The notes under the pieces are model-generated. The model had not been told where the DNA came from. It made no database searches and was given only the letters and a program-made list of their open reading frames with translations. From Leptospirales bacterium (GTDB lineage Bacteria; Spirochaetota; Leptospiria; Leptospirales; Leptonemataceae), in assembly GCA_965243385.1 (NCBI GenBank), contig CBDEUV010000001.1, positions 70,299-134,298 of the forward strand: a DNA stretch of 64,000 nt. The letters are read 5' to 3'. Positions 1 to 9,707 of this stretch are shown in pieces. Both the position numbers and the translations under genes were made by a program. The first letter of the stretch is position 1. The number at the start of each line of letters is the position of its first letter.

Positions 1-60
1 CCACTCCGGCCGCTGCCCACTCTTATTCGTTCCGTATTTGCGGGAATATACCTTTTCATT

Positions 61-1050
61 TTGCGGAAAGCGCTCGGCGTCGCAAAACCGACAGCGGACG
101 AAGCGCGTCGCATGCGCCGGGGCCTGGCGGATCGATCGCTGAGTCGTTTCGAAATCGCGCGGTCGTTCGTACTCGCGAAAGATTTTCCAGGGCTCAAGTA
201 CGGCCTGCACGAACTGCTCTTCGATTCTCAGGAGATCTACGATTCAGAGAGCTTCGCGGAATTCGTAAAGGCGAAAGCTTATACGGAAGAACAGCTGGTC
301 GAACTGGTCAATCCGCGCAAATGGCTGAACCCGGAGTGGTACGGCGTGCTCGCCGATATGCACGTGATCCCTCCCCAGCTGGAATTGATGCATCGCAAAG
401 CCTTCGAGTGGGTGCAGACGATCTATGGACTGAAACGCCTGGGTCATTTGCGGCCGGAAGCGCGCTGTCTGGACGTGGGCGCGGGACACGAGGCGCTGGC
501 TTATTATCTCGCGAATCACGTAGCCGAAGTCGTCGCGACCGATCTATACGAAGACGACTGGGCGCAGGCCGGCGCCCGGGAAGGCGCCGCAGACGTGCTG
601 GAAGATCCCGCGAAGTACGCGCCCTTTGAATATCGAAAAGAACATTTAAGATTTATGCGCATGGACGGTCGCAAACTCGAATTCGATTCCGATAGCTTCG
701 ACTTCGTGGTATCGCTTTCGTCGATCGAACACTTCGGCGGGGTGGCGGCCGCGGCGGATTCGATGCGCGAAATGGGCCGCGTTTGTAAACCCGGCGGACT
801 AATCGCGGTCGCCACCGAGCTGATTATCAACGACGCGACTCACGATGAATTTTTTAGCCTGGCCGAGTTACGCGAATTGGTAGCCGCTTCCGGCCTGAAA
901 TTGATTCAGCGGCCGGTCTTTCGCCTGCCCCGCGCGCTGCGGGACGCCCCGACCGTATTGCCCGATGAATTCTTTCGCGCGCCGATGCTCGTACTATCGG
1001 ACCAGGACGTACGCTTTACTTCGATTCTATTGTTTCTGGAAAAGGAGTGA
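61..1050 (+). CDS. Class I SAM-dependent methyltransferase
   Basis: 329-codon ORF. Motif I-like 'CLDVGAGHEALAYYL', then 'FDFVVSLSSIEHFG' and 'KPGGLIAVATE', typical of Methyltransf_11/25-type enzymes. The listed start is a TTG, so the true start is uncertain. Confidence 0.7.
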   Translation: MRKALGVAKPTADEARRMRRGLADRSLSRFEIARSFVLAKDFPGLKYGLHELLFDSQEIYDSESFAEFVKAKAYTEEQLVELVNPRKWLNPEWYGVLADMHVIPPQLELMHRKAFEWVQTIYGLKRLGHLRPEARCLDVGAGHEALAYYLANHVAEVVATDLYEDDWAQAGAREGAADVLEDPAKYAPFEYRKEHLRFMRMDGRKLEFDSDSFDFVVSLSSIEHFGGVAAAADSMREMGRVCKPGGLIAVATELIINDATHDEFFSLAELRELVAASGLKLIQRPVFRLPRALRDAPTVLPDEFFRAPMLVLSDQDVRFTSILLFLEKE

Positions 1051-1069
1051 ATATCGACTGGCGGCCCGT

Positions 1070-3001
1070 TTAATAAACGGCCCGGTCACTGGAATCTTCA
1101 CGAACGCTTTCGCCGCGCAATACGGACAGCGCAAGCCCGCCGCCGACTGTAAACAGCGCGACCGACCAGACCGCGGCCGCGAACCATCCGGCGAAGGGAT
1201 AGCTCGCGAAGAGAATCGTGAAGTCGATTCCGGTGAGCCCGACGAGATAACGCCCGGCGACATACGCTTCTTTTAACGGCAGATAGTACGCCTCTTGAAA
1301 ATCGACAAAGGCGAGGCTCTGCCCCAGCGTAATCACGCCGCCGACCAGCGCGAGCGCCCCGAGCAAAACGCGTAAGCGGCGGCCGGCCGCGCGCCAGGCA
1401 TGGAGCCAGCCTGCAGCCGCCAGCCAGCCGATCACCGGCAGCACGCTGACCCAGTAGCGTCCGGCCGGGCAGTAGCCGAGCAGCCAGTGGGTCTCCTCGC
1501 GTTGAAAGACCCCGGACAGATTCGTGAGCAGGATCAAAAGCCCGATGCAGGCGGCGAGCACCGCGTCTTTACGGAAGAGCAACGCGAAACCCGGGAATGC
1601 GAACACCAGCAGCGGGTTCAGCGCGAAGAGGCCCCGATCGGCGTCGATCAGGTACGTCAGGTAGCGGCGCCAGAAATCGTGCACGACGATCGAATGGTCT
1701 TTGTACGGCCCCTTCAGCACGTCTCCGTACATCAACCAGGCGAAAGCCAGAGCCGCCAGAGCGCCCACGGCCAGCACGCCGCCCGCACAGATAAACGCCC
1801 GGCGCTGCCCGCGCAATTTCCAGAGCAAGGCGCCGCCGCAGAAAAACGCGGCGGCGTTAAATTTCAGATTCAGGAATGTTAAGAGTACAATCAAAACGGC
1901 CGTAAAATAACCGGTGACCGGCGAGCGAATTTCGGGACCCGCAATTCGAGTAAAGATCGCGAGCAGGAGCAGTGCGCCCGGAACTTCGGGATAAATCTGA
2001 TTTGAATACGAAAGCAAAGGCATGCCCGCGAAGACCAGCAGCACTGTGCAGAGCGAAAAGCCGATCGAGGCGAAGCGGAGCAGGCTCTGAAAGAAGACGA
2101 CGGCTGCCAGCGCGGAGCAAACGATCATCACGGCCTTGCTGACCGTATACGGATCGATCTGCAGACCCAGGGCCGGTCCGAGAAAAGCCGGCGCAAGCAA
2201 CACGGCGACCCCGGGATAGCGCGCGGTCAGCACGCCGTGTTGCGTTTGCACGGTATGCGGCAGAAGCTCGCCTGGATAGTAGGTCTGCCGCAGCAGGCCC
2301 GCGTAATTATTCAGAACGTCGTAGTCGCCGTCGACGAAGAGCGACTCCGCGAGCGTCATATAATGCGGCTCGTCGCCGGTGAGCGGGATCAGCGCATGGT
2401 CGTGAATCCAGAAAAAGATCGCGAAGCAGGCGATGAACACAGCGAAGCCCGCTTCCCGCTCGCGAATCATAAAATCGCCCGCGTTTGAATTTCGCGCGAC
2501 AAACACCGCCAGGAGCAACAGCAAAGCCGCCGCAGTACCGGCGAGGTAGATTCCGCGACGCGCCCGGCGATAGTCCGTGGATTCGCGCTGGGTCAGGATC
2601 ACCGAATCGAGCGCGCCCGCGTCCCGCCAGCGAAATCGCAGCAGCGCGGGGCCGCCGGAGTCCGAGACCGGCAATTCCACTTTGGTCAATCCGGGAGGGA
2701 TCAGTAGATTGCTCCGAGCTTCGCGGCCGTTTGCGAAGATCGTTACGACGCCGGTCTCACTGGAGAAATTCTCGAGGTTGAACCGCAGCCGCCCGTGATC
2801 GGTAAAAAAGAGGGCCTCCCCGTCCGAAGAAACGAAGACGCGGCCCTTTACGCTACCAGCGAAAGCTGGTATTCGCCCGGAGTCTGATATCGTCGCGGCG
2901 TTTGCGGCTTGCAACGCGAACCGTGCGGCGAATACGAGCGCGACGGTAAGGCTCGCCAGACACACGACTCTGAGGGTATTGTGAAATAAGCGGAGATACA
3001 T
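1070..3001 (-). CDS. Polytopic membrane protein, possibly a GT-C-fold (PMT/ArnT-like) glycosyltransferase
   Basis: The long ORF runs to 3049. The internal ATG at 3001 gives a signal-like N-terminus (MYLRLFHNTLRVVCLASLTVALVFAA). About 170 aa of soluble sequence are followed by more than 10 hydrophobic helices. A 'GDEPHYM' loop motif resembles the DExxY/H motif of GT-C enzymes. Confidence 0.5.
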   Translation of the reverse strand: MYLRLFHNTLRVVCLASLTVALVFAARFALQAANAATISDSGRIPAFAGSVKGRVFVSSDGEALFFTDHGRLRFNLENFSSETGVVTIFANGREARSNLLIPPGLTKVELPVSDSGGPALLRFRWRDAGALDSVILTQRESTDYRRARRGIYLAGTAAALLLLLAVFVARNSNAGDFMIREREAGFAVFIACFAIFFWIHDHALIPLTGDEPHYMTLAESLFVDGDYDVLNNYAGLLRQTYYPGELLPHTVQTQHGVLTARYPGVAVLLAPAFLGPALGLQIDPYTVSKAVMIVCSALAAVVFFQSLLRFASIGFSLCTVLLVFAGMPLLSYSNQIYPEVPGALLLLAIFTRIAGPEIRSPVTGYFTAVLIVLLTFLNLKFNAAAFFCGGALLWKLRGQRRAFICAGGVLAVGALAALAFAWLMYGDVLKGPYKDHSIVVHDFWRRYLTYLIDADRGLFALNPLLVFAFPGFALLFRKDAVLAACIGLLILLTNLSGVFQREETHWLLGYCPAGRYWVSVLPVIGWLAAAGWLHAWRAAGRRLRVLLGALALVGGVITLGQSLAFVDFQEAYYLPLKEAYVAGRYLVGLTGIDFTILFASYPFAGWFAAAVWSVALFTVGGGLALSVLRGESVREDSSDRAVY

Positions 3002-3324
3002 TCTACGACCAATCCGCACCACGATCGATGCGCCCGGTCGGAGTTGCAATCACGGAAATCCGGCACGAATCTTCCCGCTCGCCACTCTGGCGAATGGACC
3101 GCCGTCCAATCTTCTGGATGTATATAATAGAAGATTTCGCTCCGTTCGACGAAACACTATGAGAAAGATCAGATCGCCGCATATTAATACGAGTCATTTC
3201 GCAGGAAGATTATTATTACATTGCCTGAAATCTTGCCAGGCCTACGGCCCCTTCCTGTATTCGGGTCTCGACGGATACGCGGATACAGGAAGGGGCCGGG
3301 CCGCCGAAATTTTCAGGAAAGCCA

Positions 3325-4260
3325 ATGCAGCCGTCCCCCCAAAAGATTCTCTTCGTCACCGACGGCCTGCGGGACGAAGGCGCCGCCCTGCGCGAATTAT
3401 TCGACTTGATGGGCGACTCCATCGCCACTCTTAAGATTCTGGCGACGACTCCGACTCTGCCCGACCGGCTGAAAGAATTCAGAGACGATCTTCAACAGCT
3501 CATGATTGAGCGGCTGGAAGCGGCCTACGACGGCGCGCATCCGGAGGGCCCCAACGCGACTCCGCCAGTGAGCTTCGAGCTCGTGCACACGGACCAGAGC
3601 TTTTTAACGATCATCGATATGATTCTAAAAGGCGACTATGACGCCGTCGTGAAAACCGCGGAACCGAAGAGCCGGGCGAATGGATACAGCGCCCTGGACA
3701 TGAGCCTCCTGCGCAAATCCCCGACTCCGCTCTGGCTGCTGAAGAACCATAACGCAGCGCCCGGCGAAATCACGGTGGCTGTCGATCCGGATATTAAGGA
3801 ATCCCGCGGGGAAGCGCTGCCCATCGCGCTCTTGCGCGCGGCCGATCATATCGCCCGCAGCCTGGGGAGCTCTTTTGTAATCGTTTCCTGCTGGATATCT
3901 CCTCTGGGAAGCGCGCAGCGAAATCCGATTTTTCGCATTGAGGACGCGGAAATCGAAGAAGAAGCCAGGGAGCTTCAGCGCGAGCATATGCATAAACTCA
4001 CGGCTCTCATCGACGAGGCGAATATCAGCTCTCCGTATGAAATCGTACAACTGAACGGCGACGCATCGTTCTTAATACCCGAGCATACCAAACGGGTGAA
4101 GAGTAGAGTTCTGCTTATGGGCACGGTGGCCCGGACCGGCATCCCCGGGTTTATCATCGGCAACACGGCCGAAGACATATTCCAGGAACTAAGCTGCTCT
4201 CTCATAGCCTTAAAGCCACCGGGTTTCGTGAGCCCGATCAGCGCGCAACAACCGCAATAA
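3325..4260 (+). CDS. Universal stress protein, tandem Usp domains (UspE-like)
   Basis: 311 aa. Each half ends in a Usp-type ATP-binding tail. The C-terminal half reads 'LLMGTVARTGIPGFIIGNTAEDIFQELSCSLIALKPPGF'. Confidence 0.75.
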   Translation: MQPSPQKILFVTDGLRDEGAALRELFDLMGDSIATLKILATTPTLPDRLKEFRDDLQQLMIERLEAAYDGAHPEGPNATPPVSFELVHTDQSFLTIIDMILKGDYDAVVKTAEPKSRANGYSALDMSLLRKSPTPLWLLKNHNAAPGEITVAVDPDIKESRGEALPIALLRAADHIARSLGSSFVIVSCWISPLGSAQRNPIFRIEDAEIEEEARELQREHMHKLTALIDEANISSPYEIVQLNGDASFLIPEHTKRVKSRVLLMGTVARTGIPGFIIGNTAEDIFQELSCSLIALKPPGFVSPISAQQPQ

Positions 4261-4261
4261 A

Positions 4262-6991
4262 ATGAACACAACGACACAAACCGCACATACTGAAACCACT
4301 GCAGCGACCTGGCATCATCTATCCGCCGACGAAGCGCTCAAGAAGCAAAACAGCCAGGCAGACGGCCTGAGCCAGACGGACGCCCGGGCGCGTCTCGCGG
4401 AGCACGGGAAAAACCGTCTGCCGCAGGCTCCCGGACGCAGCGCGCTCGTGCGTTTTCTGACGCAATTTCATAATATTCTAATTTATGTATTAATTGCTTC
4501 CGCCGCGATCACCGCCTTGCTCGGTCACTACATCGATACCGGCGTAATCCTGGCGGTCGTCATCGCGAACGCCATCATCGGATTTATCCAGGAAGGCAAA
4601 GCCGAACAGGCCATGAACGCCATTCGCCATATGCTCGCGCCCCGGGCCGATGTGATTCGCGACGGAGAGCGGATCACGATCGACGGCGAAGACCTGGTTC
4701 CCGGGGACATCGTCTTATTGAAGGCGGGCGACAAAGTGCCGGCGGACCTGCGCCTGCTCACCGCGCACAGCGCGTCGATTCAAGAAGCGATTCTCACCGG
4801 CGAATCCGTACCGGTCGAAAAGCACACCCGACCCGTGGATCCGGACGCGCCCCTGGGCGATCGATCCTGTATGGCCTTCTCGGGCACGCTGGTCACCAGC
4901 GGCCAGTGTTCCGGAATGGTGGTCGCGACCGGATCGAGCACGGAGATCGGACGCATCAGCAGCCTGCTGTCGGAAGTGGAAACGCTCACGACTCCGCTGG
5001 TGGCGCAGATGGCTTCGTTCGCGAAGTGGCTGACTGTGCTGATTCTAACGCTCGCGGCGATATTGCTCGCCTTCGGTTATTTCGTCGCGCAGTACGATTT
5101 TCGAGAAATGTTTATGGCCGTGGTGGGGCTGTCGGTCGCGGCGATCCCCGAAGGCCTGCCGGCCATGCTGACCATCACCCTGGCGATCGGCGTGCAGGCC
5201 ATGGCCCGGCGCAACGCCATCGTGCGCCGCCTGCCCGCCATTGAAACCCTGGGGGCCGTGTCGGTAATCTGTACGGATAAAACCGGCACGCTGACCCGCA
5301 ACGAAATGATGGTGGCTTCGGTCTTAACGCATGCTCATCTCTTCACCGTGGAAGGCAGCGGATACGAACCCAGAGGAGCTCTGAAGCTGGGCGACGCCCG
5401 GGCCTTGCCCGCGGAGCACGCCGTGCTGGAAGAACTCGCCCGCGCGGCGACGCTCTGCAACGACGCCGCTCTGCGCAAGCACGGCGATGTGTGGATGGTC
5501 GAAGGCGATCCGATGGAAGGCGCGCTGGTGGCCTTCAGCGAGAAAATGGACGTCGCCGTCCGCCAGGAGCGGGCCGCCTGGAATCGCACCGACTCGATTC
5601 CCTTCGACGCCCGACACCGTTTCATGGCGACCTTGAATCACGACCACGAAGGCCACGCCTGCGTTTTCGTCAAAGGCGCGCCGGAGATCATTCTGGCCAT
5701 GTGCGAAAACCAGCGGAGCGCAAACGGAACGACCGAAGCGCTGAACAAAGCCGCCTGGAATCAGCAGGCGGAATCCATCGCCGCTCTGGGCCAGCGGGTG
5801 CTGGCTTTCGCCGTGAAAAGCGTACAGCCGAAAGACACGGTTCTGGAACACGGCGATCTGCAGGGGTCGCTCACGCTGCTGGGCATGGTGGGCATGATCG
5901 ATCCGCCGCGCCCCGAAGCGATCGCGGCGGTCGGCGAATGCCATCGCGCGGGCATTCGCGTAAAAATGATTACGGGCGACCACACCCGCACCGCCGCCGC
6001 GATCGGAAAACAGATCGGCCTGCAGAATCCGGATACGGTACTCACCGGGGTCGACCTGGACGATATGGACGACGCCGCCGTACATCAGGCGGTTTTGAAT
6101 TGCGACGTCTTCGCGCGCACGAGTCCGGAACACAAACTGCGACTCGTCATGGCTTTGCAGGCGCACGGCGATACTGTCGCTATGACCGGCGACGGAGTGA
6201 ACGACGCGCCGGCGCTCAAGCGGGCCGATGCGGGCATCGCCATGGGACAAAAAGGCAGCGAAGCCGCGAAAGAGGCGGCGGAGGTCGTGCTGGCCGACGA
6301 CAACTTCGCTTCGATCGCGGCCGCCGTACGCGAAGGCCGTACCGTTTACGACAATCTCAAAAAGATCATCAGCTGGACCCTGCCGACCAACGCGGGCGAA
6401 GCGATGGTAATCATCGTGGCTCTGCTGATGGGCATCACCCTTCCGATCACGCCCGTTCAGATTCTGTGGGTCAACCTGATTACCGCGATCACCCTGGGAT
6501 TCGCGCTGGCCTTCGAACCGACCGAAGAAAATACAATGCGTCGTCCGCCGCGCGCCCGTCACGCCCCGCTCTTAAACAGCGATCTGGTCTGGCATATCGT
6601 GCTGGTTTCTTTTCTGTTTTTAGGCGGCGTATTCGGGACCTATAGCTACGCTATCGCCCAGAACTATTCGGTGGAACTGGCGCGCACGATCGCGCTCAAT
6701 ACGCTCGTGGTGATGGAAATCTTTCACCTGTTCTTTATTCGAAATATTTACAGCACCTCGCTGACCTGGAAAATGATTCGCGGCACCCGGGTGATGTGGA
6801 CGGTCGTTATCGCCGTCACCGCCGCGCAATTCGCGATCACCTATCTGCCGCCGCTGCAGGCGGTATTCGCCACCGCGCCGATCCCGTTCCTGGACGGGCT
6901 GCTGATCGTCGGCGTCGGGATCGCGCTCTTCGCCATCATCGAAATTGAAAAGCAGATTCGACTGACATTCCGACGCGTGGACAGCGCGTGA
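4262..6991 (+). CDS. Cation-transporting P-type ATPase (type II, Ca2+/Mg2+-like)
   Basis: 909 aa. Motifs present: phosphorylation 'ICTDKTGTLT', actuator 'LTGES', hinge 'MTGDGVNDAPALKRADAGIAMG' and 'KGAPE'. About 10 TM segments. Confidence 0.9.
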   Translation: MNTTTQTAHTETTAATWHHLSADEALKKQNSQADGLSQTDARARLAEHGKNRLPQAPGRSALVRFLTQFHNILIYVLIASAAITALLGHYIDTGVILAVVIANAIIGFIQEGKAEQAMNAIRHMLAPRADVIRDGERITIDGEDLVPGDIVLLKAGDKVPADLRLLTAHSASIQEAILTGESVPVEKHTRPVDPDAPLGDRSCMAFSGTLVTSGQCSGMVVATGSSTEIGRISSLLSEVETLTTPLVAQMASFAKWLTVLILTLAAILLAFGYFVAQYDFREMFMAVVGLSVAAIPEGLPAMLTITLAIGVQAMARRNAIVRRLPAIETLGAVSVICTDKTGTLTRNEMMVASVLTHAHLFTVEGSGYEPRGALKLGDARALPAEHAVLEELARAATLCNDAALRKHGDVWMVEGDPMEGALVAFSEKMDVAVRQERAAWNRTDSIPFDARHRFMATLNHDHEGHACVFVKGAPEIILAMCENQRSANGTTEALNKAAWNQQAESIAALGQRVLAFAVKSVQPKDTVLEHGDLQGSLTLLGMVGMIDPPRPEAIAAVGECHRAGIRVKMITGDHTRTAAAIGKQIGLQNPDTVLTGVDLDDMDDAAVHQAVLNCDVFARTSPEHKLRLVMALQAHGDTVAMTGDGVNDAPALKRADAGIAMGQKGSEAAKEAAEVVLADDNFASIAAAVREGRTVYDNLKKIISWTLPTNAGEAMVIIVALLMGITLPITPVQILWVNLITAITLGFALAFEPTEENTMRRPPRARHAPLLNSDLVWHIVLVSFLFLGGVFGTYSYAIAQNYSVELARTIALNTLVVMEIFHLFFIRNIYSTSLTWKMIRGTRVMWTVVIAVTAAQFAITYLPPLQAVFATAPIPFLDGLLIVGVGIALFAIIEIEKQIRLTFRRVDSA

Positions 6992-8673
6992 TGCCGGACC
7001 TGAGTTTCATCCACGCGTCCCCTTTCTATGAACTAACGGCACTGATCGCGTTGGTCGCGGTGGTCGGTTTCATCGGGGTGCTGCTGCGCCAGCCGATGAT
7101 CGTCAGCTTTATTTCCGTGGGCGTGCTGGCCGGACCGTCGGCGCTGGGCATCGTCGAATCGCGCGAGCATATCGAGCTTCTGGCGGAGCTGGGAATCGCC
7201 GTCTTACTCTTTCTGGTCGGGCTGAAACTCGACCTCAAGCTGATTCGAACCCTGGGGCCGGTCGCGCTCGCCACCGGACTCGGACAGGTAACATTCACCT
7301 CGGCCATCGGCTACGCGATGGGCATCGCGCTGGGTTTGAACAGCATGACCGCGATCTACGTCGCCGTGGCGCTGACGTTTTCGAGTACGATTATCATCGT
7401 TAAATTGCTTTCGGACAAACGCGAAGCGGATTCGCTGCACGGGCGGATCGCCGTGGGATTTTTGATCGTTCAGGATCTGGTCGTCGTGCTGGCGATGATG
7501 GTCCTGTCGGCATTCGGGCTCGGCTCGCATTCGGAAACCGAAAGCTTCACCGCCTGGACGCATGCCGGCCGGGTTCTGATGTACGGACTGGCGATGCTCG
7601 GCTTTGTGCTGTTTTTCATTCGTTATGTAGCGACGCCGCTCGTCAGCCGGGTCGCCCGTTCGCAGGAGCTGTTGATTACATTCGCCATCGGCTGGGCGAC
7701 GCTGCTGGCGGCGACCGGCAGTCAGCTGGGTTTCAGCAAAGAACTCGGCGGCCTGCTGGCGGGCGTGTCCCTGGCCTCGACCCCGTTCCGGGAAGCGATC
7801 GTCGCGCGACTCGCTTCACTGCGCGATTTTCTGTTATTATTTTTCTTTATAGCGCTGGGCATGCACCTGGACCTCAGTCTGCTCGGATCGCAGGTCGGGC
7901 CGGCGCTATTGTTTTCGCTCTTCGTATTAATCGGCAACCCGCTGATCGTGATGGTGATCATGGGTTTCATGGGCTATCGCAAACGTACCGGATTTCTGGC
8001 GGGCCTCACGGTCGCGCAAATCAGCGAATTCTCCCTGATCTTCATGGCGATGGGCCTGAGTCTCGGGCATGTAACAGCGGAATCCCTGGGATTGGTAACG
8101 CTCGTGGGATTGATCACGATCGCGACCTCGGTTTATATGATCACCTACTCGCACGCCCTGTACAATCGACTCGAGCCCTGGCTGCATATATTCGAACGCA
8201 GAAGACCGTACCGCGAAGACTCCCTGGCGGACAAACGTACCCTGAAGAAACACTACGATGTAATTCTCTTCGGTCTCGGGCGTTACGGGCAGGCGATCGC
8301 GAGTTGTCTGCAGCGCGACGGATTCCATCTGCTGGCCGTCGATTTCAATCCGGATGAAGTCCGGCGCTGGCGGGCGCAGGGGCACGCGGCCCTGTACGGC
8401 GACGCGAGCAATCCCGCCTTCGTGAGCGACCTGCCGCTCCAGGGCGTCCGCTGGGTGGTGTCCGCCATGCCGCAACATGCGATCGGCGTAACGCACGAAG
8501 ATCCACGGCTTTCGTTGATTGAGGAATTGAAACGGCAGAACTATTCCGGGGGCATCGCTATATCTACACGGCAAATGGAAGACCGAGAAATTCTCGAGGC
8601 GAAAGGCGCGAACCTGGTTTTGCTGCCGTTTCGCGACGCGGCGGAACAGGCTGTGGAGCGGATGAGGGCTTGA
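6988..8673 (+). CDS. CPA2-family cation:proton antiporter with C-terminal TrkA-N/RCK domain (Kef-like)
   Basis: 561 aa. About 12 N-terminal TM helices. The C-terminal Rossmann motif is 'VILFGLGRYGQAIASCL'. The start overlaps the ATPase stop (GTGATG at 6988-6993). Confidence 0.8.
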   Translation: MMPDLSFIHASPFYELTALIALVAVVGFIGVLLRQPMIVSFISVGVLAGPSALGIVESREHIELLAELGIAVLLFLVGLKLDLKLIRTLGPVALATGLGQVTFTSAIGYAMGIALGLNSMTAIYVAVALTFSSTIIIVKLLSDKREADSLHGRIAVGFLIVQDLVVVLAMMVLSAFGLGSHSETESFTAWTHAGRVLMYGLAMLGFVLFFIRYVATPLVSRVARSQELLITFAIGWATLLAATGSQLGFSKELGGLLAGVSLASTPFREAIVARLASLRDFLLLFFFIALGMHLDLSLLGSQVGPALLFSLFVLIGNPLIVMVIMGFMGYRKRTGFLAGLTVAQISEFSLIFMAMGLSLGHVTAESLGLVTLVGLITIATSVYMITYSHALYNRLEPWLHIFERRRPYREDSLADKRTLKKHYDVILFGLGRYGQAIASCLQRDGFHLLAVDFNPDEVRRWRAQGHAALYGDASNPAFVSDLPLQGVRWVVSAMPQHAIGVTHEDPRLSLIEELKRQNYSGGIAISTRQMEDREILEAKGANLVLLPFRDAAEQAVERMRA

Positions 8674-8715
8674 GTGTGGTTGGCGTGAGGCTTTTAGAAA
8701 GCATAGCATAATAGA

Positions 8716-9612
8716 CTATTCGCAAACGGGATTGCTGACTTCGCCCAGATCGAATTCCCCGTCGTCGGTACGAATCGAAACCCGTACGACGTCGCCGTCT
8801 CTTAAATAATAAGGCGAAGACCGTTGCCGGCGCAGAAACGCGCGGCGAAAAAAACGTTCCGCCAGAAAGCGCCGGCCCACGCGTTCGAGTAGCGGCGGCT
8901 TAAAAGCGCGACCGACCGCAGTGCCCGCCGGCGTGCCGGTCAACACCAGATCTCCGGCGCGCAGATCCGCAAAACTTCGCAGAGAATCGACCAGCTCTCC
9001 GGGAGCATGAATCATATCCGCGAGGCCCGCGTCCTGACGCAGTTCGCCGTTCACATAACAGCGCAGGCGCAGTTCGGAGAGGCGGGCGCGCAGTCGATGG
9101 TCGAGCGGCGTAAGCCAGGGACCGACGGGACAGAAACCGCGATGCGATTTGCCTTCGTACCACTGCTGGCGCGCGAACTGCAGCTCGCGGGCGGAGACGT
9201 CGTTACACACGACCAGGCCCGCGATCGCGTCCAGTCCTGGCAGTGCCGCGGGCCCCGGCTGCGTTCCGCCCAAATCCCGCCCGACGATCAGGCCCAGCTC
9301 CACTTCGAAATCCAGGAGCGCCTCGCCGACCGGACGGCGCACCGGGGCCTGGCTGCCGATGATCGCTGACGCGGCTTTGCGAAAAAACATGGGCGGCGCG
9401 CCGTCAACAACTCGGCCCATTTCACGCAGCACGCCGCGATAGTTCAAACCCACGGCGGTCACGTCGCAGGGCGCGGTCACCACGGGCAGCGGATTCAGGG
9501 CGTCCACCCGGACAGTTTCGCCGGCGCCGAAGGCCGCCCGCGTCCGATCCAGCCCTCCGCTCTCTTGAATCAATTCGCGCAACGTCGACGGTTGCTTGCG
9601 CAACAACGTCAC
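8716..9612 (-). CDS. Fumarylacetoacetate hydrolase (FAH) family protein
   Basis: The C-terminal ~290 aa of ORF 8716..10137 carry FAH-family features: 'PMFFRKAASAIIG', 'LDFEVELGLIVGRDL', 'VCNDVSARELQ', 'GKSHRGFCPVGPW' and 'GDLVLTGTPAGTAVG'. The Arg-rich N-terminal ~175 codons overlap the NRPS 3' end and were discarded. The proposed start is the GTG at 9612. Confidence 0.7.
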   Translation of the reverse strand: MTLLRKQPSTLRELIQESGGLDRTRAAFGAGETVRVDALNPLPVVTAPCDVTAVGLNYRGVLREMGRVVDGAPPMFFRKAASAIIGSQAPVRRPVGEALLDFEVELGLIVGRDLGGTQPGPAALPGLDAIAGLVVCNDVSARELQFARQQWYEGKSHRGFCPVGPWLTPLDHRLRARLSELRLRCYVNGELRQDAGLADMIHAPGELVDSLRSFADLRAGDLVLTGTPAGTAVGRAFKPPLLERVGRRFLAERFFRRAFLRRQRSSPYYLRDGDVVRVSIRTDDGEFDLGEVSNPVCE

Positions 9613-9707
9613 GTCTTCGGACGCGGCGGCCCCGGCTGAAACGGGCGCGACGACCCAGACCGCCCGACCGCGATACGCGAAGCGTCCGATCTTATCACTC
9701 GTGCGGC

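Noticed and set aside
5324-6645. 412-aa minus-strand ORF and 384-aa plus-strand alternative frame within the P-type ATPase gene
   Set aside because: Their composition is Arg/Gly/His-rich, and the ATPase frame carries all P-type signature motifs. They are spurious.
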